From assembly GCF_009914755.1 (NCBI RefSeq), contig NC_060927.1: 64,000 nt of DNA; one strand, written 5' to 3'. The translations under genes and the position numbers were made by a program. Of the stretch, positions 25,900 to 39,975 are shown piece after piece. The notes under the pieces are model-generated. The model ran no database searches, was not told the origin of the DNA, and saw only the letters and a list, made by a program, of their open reading frames with translations. This DNA is from the human T2T-CHM13v2.0 reference genome, Homo sapiens. Position 1 is the first letter of the stretch. Each line of letters opens with the position of its first letter.

Positions 25900-28041
25900 C
25901 AAAGCCTTCAGAGATGGCTAGACAGGCAGATGGAAACCTTAGACACTGGTTTCACTATGGCCAGTCTCTTTAAGCAATCTCTTCAGACTACTGTAATTAC
26001 TTTCTATCCACCATTGCCTAGAATTGTGTTGCAACAAATAGACATGCATTATCTAATGAGAGGATAAGAAAACAGGCAGAGAAATACGGCAATGTGTTTT
26101 GGGCCCCTTAAAATGGAGATACAATGCAAATTTGCATTACTAGGACTGGCAAGTCCTGTAGTCTTAGGCTGACAGCCACTGGAAATAAAAATGACCCACA
26201 CATCGATCACAAAAACACTGAACTTGAGCAAATATTGTCAGTTCTGGGGTGGCAGGAGATGTGATAGATCTTCTTTGTGTTATAAGACCTTTAATCTTTC
26301 ACCTTCATACTTTGTACTTCAAAAAGTCCCTTCAAAGCAAACTTTCCTGTGGTCACATTAGAAGAGAAGAGTTACAGCATCTGCTCCCTAGTATGCAATC
26401 CTCCTGGAGTGCAATGGTAATGAGGTTAGGGAGAAGTGTTCAAGTACATACTAGGTTACTGCCATCCAAGATGTCCCAGCTGGATCATCCTACTCACATC
26501 CTCCCCCAGAGTCTGCTGGGAGACTAAAGAAAAGGGCTGTTGGACAGCCAGAAACCTTTCTGAGTAGTGTCTCTCCCTTAAACCCCTAAACACTTGGCTG
26601 CGATAAAGAATCTCCTTTTGAATCCATTTCTAGATGGCAAGAGAGGGAGTGGAAGGCCATTTCCGCCTCTTTGAAAAGACCTGTTTATTTCCAAGGAACC
26701 ATTTATAAATATGAGAGTCTCTCAATTACCTTTTTCATACAATTTTCCTTTGAAATGGATATGGTGAAAACTTTAAAAGCATTCTTTTTGAATTCTAGGA
26801 AGTTTTCCCTTTCTCACCTTTGGCACAAATATTTAACCAAGCTAAGAATCATAATTGCTCTTTCACAAATGAAACTGGGTTTGTTAACACAGAATTTCTG
26901 ATGCAGATGAAGAGAAAGAGAAGTGAACATCCACGGATGGTAAAACATTTTCTCCAGAGTATCCTGACGAATCCGAAAGAAAGGCACACGTGTTTTCCAA
27001 TTAAGAAAATGCCTGCCGAGCAATGGGTAATGCCATATGTTTGAGTCTCTTAAATGGAAATGAATGGTCAAAAGCTTTTTGCTAAAAAAGAAAAGAAAGG
27101 GGGTTGCTATTGCTTTTGTGGCCTGGTAATCCAAACTTCTGAAATCTCGTCACTTCATTTCTGTGAACGCCACTATTATCTTAAGTGCACTTGGACTATT
27201 TAATATTGATGTCCTAATTCTATAATTAATACAAGCAAATTTACCCTTCTCTACTTTGCCCTTAAAAATACCATTTTTCTCATTCAAAAAGAGAACTCAG
27301 TAGATTCCCAGCATAGTTTTCAGTGATTTAATCTTCTGTGATAAAGTCCTGTGCTTTGTACTTCACCGCTGGACTATCAATGTCTCCTCACAAACCCTTG
27401 AGGGATGAAATCAAAAGGCTTTTGAGATTCAGAATAGACTCCATCTACTGCCTCACCATTTCCTTATTCTTTTCTGAGCGATATGAAAGACTTGCTCAAT
27501 AAATGTTAAATGAATAATAAAGGTCAGAGGAAGGTCATAATTTCTTTTGAAAGAGGCACATTTTCTTAAGCCCATCAAATTGAAATTTTCTAACTACAGG
27601 GGAAATATGTACCCTCATTAACAAAGAATGGTCCTTTCATTTTCCACTCAGTACACAGACTTGTGTTCTCCTGATCTAGGTATCCATACAGAACCATATT
27701 AAAAGGGACTGGGACTCAATATTTTGTAAAAATGGTAGAAGGTTTTACTGTAAAGAACTGAAACCTGCACTATAATGAGAATCAGATGTGGCTTACAACA
27801 TATAGGACACAACTAAGAAAGACTGTTAGGTTGCTTCTGAGACTGAATACCTCTTTGCTAAGGACTGAGGGAACTCCTTTGCCAATGGAGTTAAAGGACT
27901 GAGTTCCGCTTTTGTCTGGTTCCCCTTTGGTGGGTGCTATGTTGCTATTGCTCCGTTAGAGTTTGTGCCAAGACCTTTAAAACTCAGACTAGAACTTTGT
28001 TTAGCTACTCATTGAAATAATGAAAATAATAAATAATGTTA

Positions 28042-28043
<2 letters not shown>

Positions 28044-28082
<39 letters not shown>
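28044..28082. repeat. (AT)19 perfect microsatellite
   Basis: 39 bp of uninterrupted alternating A/T. Confidence 0.97.
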
Positions 28083-28083
<1 letters not shown>

Positions 28084-28179
28084 TCTTATGACTATAATAT
28101 AAGTAATATCATTCATTCAGGGTTTACCGTACTAAGTGTTCTAGTAAACACAGCATTGTGTTTATTTCACTTAGTTATC

Positions 28180-28294
28180 CCCTAGTAAAAGATAAGTTTC
28201 ATGAATGCAGGGACATTTTTTTCTTATACACTATGGAACCACCCATGCCTGGAACACTGTCTACTGTGTAGCTCGTTGAATTAATAAATGAATG
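28180..28294 (+). mobile_element. L2 3' end, flanked by MIR remnants
   Basis: TAAGTTTCATGAATGCAGGGAC...CCATGCCTGGAACACTGTCT...GTTGAATTAATAAATGAATG. Confidence 0.6.
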
Positions 28295-29519
28295 TTCGTG
28301 GTATTACAATATATATTTGACAGATGAAAAAAATTAAGGCTAATCAATGTTGCTTTGCCTCTACATTATCAAAGAACAAGTCCCTTTGCACACAGCTAGT
28401 AAGTTTTGGGCTGAGGTATAACTCAGTTCTATCTAACTTCAAAAACCAACAAATATATTTCAAAGTAATGAAGTCTATTGCCATGAAAAGCATTGCTTTC
28501 CTTCCAGATGTTATTGGTAAATTATTAGCCCTATGTCTCTACTCTGAGTGAGACACTTGGCTTCTCAGTGTTCTGCACAGTGGACTCCATTCTCTCCTCT
28601 GCAATTAATACAGAAAACGTTTTAAAGTCCTTTGTTGTCACTCTACCTACATGGTGCCCAGCTGGAATGTGGTCACCTGTTTGTGCAGGAATGTGACATT
28701 CTTATGTGTCAGCATTAACTAGTACATAAACATTATCTCATAACAATAGCTCTGGTCATTACATATATACTTTTTTATTTTTACCAAATATTATATAGGT
28801 TTTATTGAGTCTCTCTAGTTTCTCAGCTATTTACCTTCTTTACACTGGACTTTTCACAACTTATCTCCCCAAACTAGTTTCCTATCCTCAACTATTTTTG
28901 AAAGTTACAAGCTACATTCAGAAACTGAATGATATTCAGACTAAAAATCTTATGCTCAAGGTGACTTAAGCCAAACACTAACAAGCAGTAAAGAATGTGC
29001 TTCCTGGGCTAAATTTGCTTGTGAATCCTTTGTTTTCTTCCCTCCTTCAATGAAGCCTGGAAGAAGAAATCCTGGGTAGTTGAGGGGGTCCTGGCTGACC
29101 ATTTACTAGCCGTGTATGATTTGGAGCAAGTGCTTTATCCTCACGACTTTCAATCTGTAAACATCGAGGTAGTTTTATATCTTCATTCAGGGTTTTTATT
29201 TTATCTTTGAAAATGTTTAATTTGTCATATTTAACATGAACATTACAAAATTCAAAAATGCCAAAGAATATTTGGTTACATGTAAATCTTCCACCACTGC
29301 TATCCTCTAACTCAAAACCACTGTTTCTTATGTATCCTTCCAATGAAATCCTTTGCATAGTCAAGCAATTTTATTCATTTTTAACACCAAAGGTAGTTTA
29401 CTATACATAGTTTTCACATTTGTTATTTACTTATCAATATTTCTCAAAGTCCGTTAAATATGTAAGAGTGCACCAAAAGCTTACTCATCCTTTTGACAAG
29501 CTATATAACTTCTGTACCT

Positions 29520-31500
29520 TATAAAATTATTTTTAGATTTAACATGGAAGAACAAACAGGTGAAAATATTCAAGACATTTTTATAAAGAGAATAATCATA
29601 AAGGGAAAGTTTGTCTATCCCACTGTCTAAATGTCCAAGTATACTCTAAAATAGTAAAAGACTTCAATATTTCTACATGACAGACCACAAACAGAACGCA
29701 CAGCAAAAGGACCTAATGTATATAACTATCTGGTATATAATAAAATCTATATAGTAAATGAGATATTTGGAAAAGGTTAAATTAGATTAGTATCACATTC
29801 CAAATATATTCTAAATGAATTGAAGGGTTAAGTGTAAGAAAATGAAACCATAAAAGAAGCAAAAGTAAATACCCCATGTTTATTGCAGTCTTATTCACAA
29901 TAGCCAAGATATGGAATCGATGTGTCTATCAATGGACGAGTGGATGAAGAAAATATGGTACATATACACAATGGAATATCAGCTATTGAAAAAAGCCTGA
30001 AATCCTGTCATTTGCAGCAACATGCATGAAACTGGAGGACATTATGTTAAGTGAAATAAGCCAGGCACAGTAAGACAAGTATCACTTGTTCTTACTCATA
30101 TGCGGGAGCTAAAAAGAGCTGATCTCTTGGAGGTAGAAAGTAGAATGGTGGTTACCAGAGGCTTGAAAGTGTGTATGTGTGGGGGGTAGGGAGTGTAGAC
30201 AGGTTAGTTAATGGGTATAAAAATACAGTTAGATAGAAGAAATAAGTTCTGGTGTTCATTAGCACAGTAGGATGACTACACTTAACAATAATTTATTATA
30301 CATTTCAAAATAGCTAGAAGATTTGGAATGTTCCCAACACAAATAAATGATAAATGTTTAAGGTGATGGATATCTCAATTACCCTGATTTGATCATTATA
30401 TGTTGTATGCTTGTATCAAAATATCACATGTACTCCATCAGTCTGCACAGTGTATGAATAAAAATGCTAATTTAAGACATAGATGTATAGATAGATATAG
30501 GTAAACATCTAACTGAACTTGAAGCTGTAAGACCTTTTTAGGCATAAAATCAAAATTAAAAACCAGGGAGAAAAAGTATGATGGATTTGACTATGTACAT
30601 AGTAAAATTTTTGTTGTGTCAGAAAATTAATAGACAAATTATAAATAGAAAATTTTTGAAACACATATGGCAGACAAAGGGCTAACAACCTTTATGTTGA
30701 AAGAGGTCTCACTAATAGTTAGAAAAATGTAAACCACCCAGTATAACGGAAAGTAAAGTACATGAGGTGGCAATAAATATACTAAAGAAAAACATACACG
30801 AATGACCAATAAACATTTTTTAATGTCCAACTTGCCAGTAATGCAAAATGGTAAGTAATACTAAAAAGAACATAAAATAGCATTTCTTTCACCTATAAAG
30901 CTGGGAAAGATAATTAAATGCACAATTCTCAGTACTGGCAAATATTCAGTGAAATGGATGCTCTCATACCTTTACCATCATTCTGAAAGGTAATTTGATA
31001 TTATGATACAAGGGCTTTAAAGTTGTAAAATATTTGCCCATATTTTCATTTTAAACAGTTATTCTAATAAAATAATCAGATGTGTATTAAAATTTTATAT
31101 ACAACAATGTCCACATAACACAGTGAAAAGTTCCAAAGAACTTACATGTCTATTAATATGTCAGTGTATACATATTTTGCTACATTATGCACCTGTTAAA
31201 ATAACATTTTACAGAAAATATGATGACAAGATAAGTTTGTCATACAGTTAAATTTAACAATCAGATTATAAAATTGTATATCACATAAGTCTAAGCATAT
31301 ATAATTTAAACATATATAAACAAATATATGATCATATGTTATATGAATCCAACTTAAACATATATATTTTCTATAAAAAATAAAGTTTTACACAAACTGT
31401 TAACTCTTTTTAGGATGAAATGATAAGAATTTTAAGTTATGTACAGAAAAGTGTTATCTTTATAACTAGAAAAAGTCAATAAATGTTATCTTTAAAATTA
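29520..31500 (+). mobile_element. Old L1M/L1ME ORF2-3'UTR remnant, interrupted by a younger L1MA
   Basis: Degenerate L1 motifs TTTAGATTTAACATGGAAGAACAAACAG, AATGAAACCATAAAAG, ACACATATGGCAGACAAAGGGCTAA on both sides of 29871-30470. Confidence 0.55.
29871..30470 (+). mobile_element. L1MA4-6-like 3' end
   Basis: CCCATGTTTATTGCAG..TTATTCACAATAGCCAAGATATGGAATC...GAAATCCTGTCATTTGCAGCAACATG...TTACCCTGATTTGATCATTA. Confidence 0.85.
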
Positions 31501-32715
31501 GAATTATAGCAAACATCTTTGACTTAGATATTTAACTGCTGTTATTCAAGTGTCACATTATTTGTGCCAACCCTTACTGAATGTTGCTTGGATATGGAAT
31601 TTTTTTTAAAAGGAAACAAACATATTTTGAATCATTCTCAGGAACTCTCTAAGCTCTAAATTTAAAGTCCAGAAGTATCCCCTGGAGGGGTCCAAGAATT
31701 ATTAATGTTTCTGCTTCACTTTGAAACAGCTATTTAGATTTTTAAAAAGTAATTGCTGTGTATACAAACACTGCTAAGGCTCAATTAAGTGGCCTCAGTT
31801 AAAATACCAGTAAGAGAGACAATGTACATGAAAGAACTCAGATTGTTCATGTTGTTACTGTAGCAACAGCCATGGGATTTGCCAACCTAAGTCAGTGTTT
31901 TTGCCTTAGCCAGCCATACATAGCTAAGATGTCATATGCTCAAGTTCCACCCTTGGCACAAAAACAGGAATTAGGCTGGTAATCTAGGTTAGGAATTCAT
32001 TTCAAAACAAATCACGTTGTGTGTGTGTGTGTGATTTGCCAACTAATTTTTCAGTTTCTTTTCATGGTTTTCTGAGAAAGATCAAACCAATGATTCAGTT
32101 AACATTACTCAAATTGGCAAAAAAAACTAGTCATGCACAAGACAATTATTACTAATGTGTTTAAACATCCTTAAATACGTTCTGTTTCACTTCTTTCACT
32201 TTATTTGGATAATCAACTCCACTTTAATTTTCCAATACTGCTAATCAGGGTTCAATCCCCAAAAGCAAGTAAAACTGAGATGTCCCTTAATTATCAAGAG
32301 ATCCTACTCTTCAGATCTGCTGATGCCCAGGGTTAGTAAAAAATGTGTCAGTACTCAGATTAGCAATACTTGTGGTTTATTTTACATAAAATACTTCTCC
32401 ACTGGTATTTCTTCATTGATTGATATATGATAGCTGATATCAGTGTACATCAATCCAAAATATGCTGTGGTAGATTTTTGCTTAAAAATGGGAAGAAGTA
32501 GATTTCAGCAGGCCAATGCTGCCCCTGAGAATAAAAAGAAAAAAAGCCACATAACATATGGTAATCATCTGTTTGAAGTCTTCACACTGCTACAACAGAA
32601 AAGAGAAATGGAAAAACCATAACTCCAGAGACGGAAGAGCATAGCAGAAATACACAGAATTCTGTAGTTATATTTACCCTTGTGGCTTTTGGCAATTTTG
32701 TGCATGGGCCAAAGG

Positions 32716-33217
32716 ATGAATGTTATATGTGTAGATTAAATGATATCCAGATACCTGGTAAAACATTATTTCTTGGTGTGTCTGTGAGGGTGTTTCTGGA
32801 AGAGATTCACATTTGAATCAGTAGACTGAGCAAAGAATATCCATCCTCACCAATGTGGGCAGCATCATGCAATCCATTGATGGCCTGAATAGAAGAAAAA
32901 CATGAAAGAAGGGTAAATTATTTCTCTCTCTTCTTGAGCTGGTATATCCATCTTCTGCTCCACAACACTGAAGCTTTTGGTTCACGGGTTTTCAAACTCC
33001 AGGACTTATACCAGAGGCTTTCCTAGCCCTCTTCTCCTGCCTTTGGAATCAGCTTCATTGGTTCTCAAATCTTCAGACTCAGACTAAATTGCAACACTGA
33101 AATATACATATTTAACTGAATTATCTATATATGTAATACATATATATTGCATATATACATATAACTTGTTTATTTATACCATGAATACTGTTTCTCTGGA
33201 GAGCCCTGACTAATACA
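32716..33217 (+). mobile_element. MLT2D-like ERVL solo LTR
   Basis: CCAGATACCTGGTAAAACATTATTTCTTGGTGTGTCTGTGAGGGTGTTTCTGGAAGAGATT...TGTTTCTCTGGAGAGCCCTGACTAATACA. Confidence 0.88.
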
Positions 33218-33429
33218 ATGAGAATCTGAATTATGTACTCAGACAAGAATGCTACAAAAGGACAGAGAAAACAGAACTAAGCTTTTGGCAGAGACATGGG
33301 GAGTCTAAATCATATTGCTAGCTTTCCTCTCATGACAGTTACCAAATTCTGGAACAGTAGCAGGCAGGAAATTAAAATCTAAACAGAAAGCTTCTAAAAG
33401 ACTAAATAAAGCTTATACAGTCTCATATG

Positions 33430-34355
33430 GAGATAGCATTAAACAAGTAAAAAGGCAACCCACAAAGCTGGAGAAATGATTTGCAACACATATAACCGAC
33501 AACGATTTATAGCTATAATATGCAAAGAACTTCTACAAATCAATAACACATGATATATTTAATTGAAAGAAAACCAATGGGCAAAAGATATTACCAAGTG
33601 TTTCACAAAAGCACGTATCAATTTGCATTTGCCAATAGTTATAAGGAAAGGAGCTCAGTTTCATTAAGAATCAGAAAAATGAGAATTTAAATCACAAAGC
33701 AGTACTACTACACACCAAAAAAAGCTTAAATTAAAAAAAATTAACAATTCCAAATGTTGGTAACAATGTAGAGCAGCTGGAACTCTTATATATTGCTGGT
33801 GGGAGTATAAATTGAAGAAATGCTTGGCAGTATCTACTAAAGCTAAGCTGTGCATATCTTTGACCCAGCTATTCTACTTTTAGATACAAACTTAACAAAA
33901 TGCATAAGCATATTCCCCAAAAGACATGTCCAAGAATTTTCATAGCAGCACTATTTATAATATCCCCATATAGGAAGCTACTCAAATATCTAACAACAGT
34001 AGACTGAATAAATAAATAGTGGCATATTTAGACAATAAGTACTATTTAGCAGTGAGAATGAACTGTAACTATACACAAAAATACAGATATAAGTCACAAA
34101 TATACAGCAAAAGAAGCCAGGCTCAAAAGATTGCAAAATTAATCTATGGTGTCACAATTCAAGATAGTGGTTACTCTTAGAAAGTTACCAAATGTAAGGA
34201 GACAGAAGAGACCTTCTGGGATCCAGGTGATGTTCTGTTTTTAATCCTGGTGCTGATCACATAAGTTTGTTCACTTTGTAAAAGTTTATTCTGCCATACA
34301 CTACTGATCTCTGTGCTTTTTGTAGATATATTTCAATTAAAAGTTTACATCAAAA
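33430..34355 (+). mobile_element. L1ME-type 3' fragment
   Basis: AAAAGGCAACCCACAAAGCTGGAGAAATGATTTGCAAC...GGAACTCTTATATATTGCTGGTGGGAGTATAAATTG...GTGTTCTG-like 3'UTR. Confidence 0.75.
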
Positions 34356-35319
34356 CATGTATGTGTTTATAAAGCAGAGTTGCCATTAGCTAGCCCAAGA
34401 TAACAACTCCCATAGATTAAGAGCTGTAACAAAATCTCAGGGAGCATTCAATTCATCGGTTTGACATACACAACGAATACATTTTTGCCTATCAAATTAC
34501 TAAACAAATATTAATTAAACACCTAATGCTATGCTAGTGGTAAAAACTTAAGGATAAGATATATTCCTAATTTCATGGTATTTACAAAATATTTACAATC
34601 CATTTTTGGGAGACAAGATTAGAGATAAAATAATAGCAGAGTCTGAAACTAAAAGCAATCTGTATATGTCTTTTCTCCCTCACTGTGTGTGTCTTTTCTC
34701 CCTCACTTCCCCTCTTGAAATACACATTCTTTTAAGAGTGGGTTAATATTAATTTTGTGCAATCTTGAATCTTGGAAATTTTCAGCTGATTCCATTTGGG
34801 ATGTTGCTCCAGCCACCAAGATATCTTTTGAGGATCATATCTCTTGCTCACAAAATATAATTACATTACTTGGAAATGGCAAGACTGGGTCCTGAAAATC
34901 TATCAACTCAGAGCAGTGAGGAGCAGAAATTATCTTATAATAGGATCCTATGATCTTATTACAGGTTCTCTGAAATAATCACCTTCTTAACCACCAATCA
35001 GATCAATGTTTTGCTGTCTCCTTGCCAAGTCTCACAAAAGACCGCCCTTATGTAAATTCCCGTAGCTTTGGCTTTCTCCTTCATGTCACAGGTTCTGCTC
35101 CTTCCAAAAACCCACTATGTCAGATTCCACTTCCATTTTGGTCAATAACATATATCCTGGTTTGGAAAGCCACTTTCACCAGGCTAGGCCATTGATTTAT
35201 CCTGTTCTCAGCACGCATATACCATTCCTGTCCAACTCTTGATCTCCAGATGCCACCCACAGGTATTCTGATTCAATTATTCTAGAGCATGGACTGGGCT
35301 ATCAGTATTTTTACACTAT

Positions 35320-35870
35320 TTTTTCTCTCTTCTCTTTTGGGAACTCCAATTAGATGGATATTTGGCCAATTAAAGTTGTCCCCTATCTCACTAATGTAAT
35401 ACTCATATTTTTTCAATCTTTTAATACTGTTTATTATAGTTTCTATTTACACATGAATCATTAATCTTTCTTCTGCATTGTCTAATATGCTATTAATCTC
35501 ATCCAATGTATTTTTTATATTAAACATTGTAATTTTTATCTTTGGACATTTATTTTGGATATTCTTTATATACTTTATATCGTGGTTTCTGAGGACACCC
35601 AACTCTGTCTCCTCAACTCAGGGACTTGCAGGCTTTGCCTGGTATCTTCTCTTCATGCTGCAGCATGGAAACTCTCTAGACAGTTACCTGGTGCAATCAT
35701 AATGTTCACTTTATTTGCTTTTCCTCTCCCAGGTATAACTGTCCCATGCGGCCTAAGGTCCAATGTCTAAAAAATTTCTGTTTCAGAGATTTTTTCTGGG
35801 ATTTTAGCTGTTTTAGGCAGAAGGGTAAATCCAGTCACAGTTTCCTCATCTTGGCTGATGGCAGAAAATT
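35320..35870 (-). mobile_element. Old L1M 5'/ORF1-region fragment
   Basis: GGAACTCCAATTAGATG, TGTCTAATATGCTATTAATCTCATCCAATG, CAACTCTGTCTCCTCAACTCAGGG. Confidence 0.55.
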
Positions 35871-38800
35871 TTTTTCACCTTGTTTGAGAAGTTTTACTAT
35901 TATCTGCCCACATAGAGATGTGTTTCTTTTTAATCTCATTTTTCATGAATATTGTCTGTGGTCTCCAAATTTAATAGCGCATATTGTATGTAAATTTTTA
36001 AAATATTGGAATAAAACATAAATATAGTAAGTACAAAAATTCCAGGTATACAGCTTAATGTGTTGTCATGAAGTAAACATACGCATTTGACCAGCATCCA
36101 GATCAAGAAATTTAAAAATCACCAACACTCCAGAAGCTCATCTGTGACCACCTCCTACCATCTGCCCTCAAAAGCAGTGACCATCTAGAATCTTAGTGTT
36201 GCAAAACATATTTTATCCCATTTTAAAATTTATATAAATGGAATCATAAACTATGTATTCTTCTATCTCTGCTTTTTTGGTTCAGCATTATATTTTAAGA
36301 ACCATCGATGTAATTGCATATAGTTAGAGTTTTTAAAATTCTCACTGCTCTATTGTATTGCTACATACCAATATTTAATTAACCTTCTATTATGGTTGGA
36401 TATTTGGGTACTTTTCACTATTATGAATAAGACTTCTACAAAGCTTATTTTGTATATGTCTTTTGATGAGCAAATGTATGCACTTCTGTTAGGAATATGG
36501 CAGGAGTCCAATTGCTGGGTCATATAATGTATAAATATAAATATATATATTCAGATTTGTTAGATACTGCCAACTATTTTTTCGGAGTGGTTATACCAAT
36601 TTACATTTTCAGTTGCTTCACATCCTCACTAACAGTTGGTATTTTCTGTCTTTTACATTTTCCCCAGAGGGTAGTGAGATCATATTGCAGTTTTGAATTT
36701 GAATTTTGCTGATTCTTAATGAAGTTGAGGATCTCTTCATATGTTTACAGGCCAATTGGTATCCTATGTTATAAAGTGCCCATTTAAATCATTTCCCAAT
36801 TGTGTTGCTGACCTCCCCGCCCATGACCTCTTTTATTAATTGGAAGATGTTCTTAATATATTCTGGGTAAAAATCCTTTGTTAGACATCTGTGTTACAAA
36901 AAATCTTCTCCCACTCTGTAACATATATTTTTATTCTCTTAATGAAGTATTCTCACGAACAGGAGTTCTTAATCTACTAGCTCAATTTGGTTTTTCTTCT
37001 TTAAAGTCAGTAAGTTTTGTATATTTTAAAGTAAATGCCCATTTTAAGCACATGTAATTTTCAGTTTTTTAAAAAAACTTACTATTTTAACTTTCAAATT
37101 TCAGACTACTATCTGAATTTATTTTTGTTTATATTTTATGGTAGAGATCAAGACTTATTTTTCTCATCTGTATATTCAGTTAACCAAGTACTTGTTGAAA
37201 AGACCAACCTTCCTCCCACAGTGCTACATTGCAAAATGTGTAATAAATTAAGTGACTACATGTGTCTTGGCCTGTTCCTGGAACTGCACTTCAGTTCTAT
37301 TGGTTTGTCCTGGTGCCAATATTACATTGTCTTATTTACTGTAATTTTGCCATCTGGCATTGTTAGTCTTTGGTTTTCTTTTTCTTTGAGAATTGGGTTC
37401 ACGATTGGACTATTCTTGACATTTCCAATTTCAAAATAAATTTTAGAATCAGTTTATCAATTTCTAAAGACTAACCTGGTAGATTTTATGTCTGTTTGAA
37501 TGAATTTATATATTGATTTTTCAATGTTGAACCAACCTTGCATTTCTCAGATAAATCCTACTTGGTTATGATGCATTATCATTATTTATTCCTGGATTCC
37601 ATTTTGTCATGTTATTTTTAAGGATTTTTGCATCTATGTTTGTAAGAAATCTTGACCTATAGTTTTCTTTTCTTGTAATGTCTTTGTCTATATTTTGGTA
37701 TTTGGATAATATTTGCCTCCTAAATTGAATTGGAAGTATTCTATTCCTCCTTCTTATATTATCTGGAAGAATTGTTGTAGCATGTAAATTTCTAGTAAAA
37801 TTAATCAGAGAAGCCATCTTTCTTTGGAGTGCTCTTGTGCAAAGATTATCTTTGCCAGATAGAAGGCTATTTATCTGCCTTCTCTTGAATTAGCTTTGGT
37901 AGATTGTGTCTTTCTATAAATTGATCCATTTAATCCATGCCATCAAATTTATTACAATAAAGATACTCATAATATTTCCTTATTAATATCTTCAAGGTCT
38001 GTATGATCTAGTCATAACATTTCTTTGCTATTTATCATCTGTGTCTAGAAGTCTATCAATTTGATCTTTCCCAAGAAAGAGCATTTGACTTTATTGATTT
38101 TCCCTATTTTTAAAATTACTTTTAGTTTAACTCCTAACTTCATTATATCCTCTTTTTTTGCTTGCTTTGGATTTAGTTTGCCTTTATTTTGCTATTGTCT
38201 TAAAGTGGAACCTTAGCACACTAAGATAAATCACATTAAATCTTTCTTCTTTTCAAGTGTAAGCATTTTATGCTATAAATTTTCCTTCAAGCACTGCTTT
38301 AGCTGCATAACATAAAGTATAATATATTCTGATTTTCATTAAATTAAAATTGTTTTCTAATGACCCTTTTAAATTCCTTTTTGATACAATAGTTGTTTAG
38401 AAATATGTGATTTAATTTCCAAATATATGAAGATTCACTGTATATTTTTCTAGCATAAGTCCATTCAAGAAATTTGGTGTGCTTTATCTGACAGCCAAGA
38501 ATATAAAATATCTCAGTAGATATTTTATGTGTACCTTCAAGATGTGTATTTTGCTGTTATTAAAATAATTGTTCTCTGAATGTCATTTTAGTCAAGTGGT
38601 TAATCGTGTCGTTCAGGTATTATACAGCCTTACTGATTTTTGTCTACTTTTTCTATTAATTAGACAGAGCAATGTTGATCTTTAACTATCTTTGTAGATT
38701 TACCAATTTCTCTTTTGAGCATTTCATTGGGATACATATATATTTATATATACATATACTCACACATATATGCATATTGTACATTGGAATAGATATATAC

Positions 38801-39164
38801 ATATATATATGAAGATTTGTAATTGGGTACATAAACATTTAAGATTGTTATGTCTTCTTGATGAATTAATTTACTTATTATATAATATCCCTTTTTATCC
38901 GTGGTAATATCCTTAATTTTGAAGTCTATTATGTCTTCCATTAATACAGCCACTCCAGTATTCTTGTAATTAGTGATTAGAATATAATCTATATTCTAAT
39001 CTATAAAGATAAGAAGAGATTTAGTAAAAACAAAAACAAAAACAAAACTGTAAGTTAACTGAAGAATTTTAGTAACGTTAACTAAGTCACTCTGTTGATC
39101 TGTTGAACACTTTATAATCTATAAAGATAGAATATAATCTATCTTTTTACTTCTTACTGACCTA

Positions 39165-39975
39165 TGCTCCAATAGACTTAATACTTTTCCCTCCCAAATT
39201 CATACATTGAAATCCTAATCTCCAAGTTGATGGAATTAGTAGAAGGGCCTTTGGGAGGTGATCAAGTCATAAGGGTAGAACCCACATAATTAGAATTAGT
39301 GCCTGATATCATTTGGATGTTTGTCCTCTCCAAATCTCATGCTGAAACATGATCCCCAATGTAAGAGGTGGGGCTAGTGGGAAGTGTATGGGTCATGGGG
39401 GTAGATCTCTCATGAATGGCTTGGTGCCCTTCCCTTGGTAAAGAGTGAGTTTTTGCTCTATTAATTCACACACAAGAGATGGTTGTTCAAAGGAGTTGGC
39501 ACCTCCGCCCCTCTCTCTTCTTCTCTCTCTCTCTCACCATGTGACACACCTGCTCCCCTTCACCTTCCTCCATGAGTAAAAACTTGCTGAGGCCTTACCA
39601 GAAGCCAAGCAGATGCGAGTACCATGCTTGTACCATCTGCAGAATCGTGAGCCAAATAAACCTCTTTTCTTTACAAATTAGCAAGTCTCAGGTATTCCTT
39701 TATAACAGTGAAAAACAGACTAACACTGTGGGTCTTATAACAGAGACCCCAGAGAGCTAGCTAGCACCTTCTGCCATGTGAGAACACACCTAGAGTGTGC
39801 TATCTATAAACCAGAGAGTGGGCCTTCACCAGATGCTGAATCTGCTGATGGCTTGATCTTGAATGTCCCAGTCTCCACTACTCCACTACCCACTACTGTG
39901 AGATATAAATTTATTATGATTTTAAACTACCTAGGTTCTAATATTTTATTATAGGAGCCTGAATGGACTGAGACA
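39165..39975 (+). mobile_element. MLT1A0-like MaLR LTR, split by an MSTB LTR (pieces 39165-39303 and 39728-39975)
   Basis: AAATTCATACATTGAAATCCTAA...GGGCCTTTGGGAGGTGAT...ATTAGTGCC | CTTATAACAGAGACCCCAGAGAGC...GCCTGAATGGACTGAGACA. Confidence 0.85.
39304..39727 (+). mobile_element. MSTB1-like MaLR solo LTR
   Basis: TGATATCATTTGGATGTTTGTCCTCTCCAAATCTCATG...GTGAGCCAAATAAACCTCTTTTCTTT...ACAGACTAACAC. Confidence 0.88.

Noticed and set aside
26960-26990. CTGACGA...GAAA resembling a hammerhead ribozyme core (CTGATGA also at ~15487 and ~46040)
   Set aside because: No stem II or stem I/III pairing could be built around the motifs.
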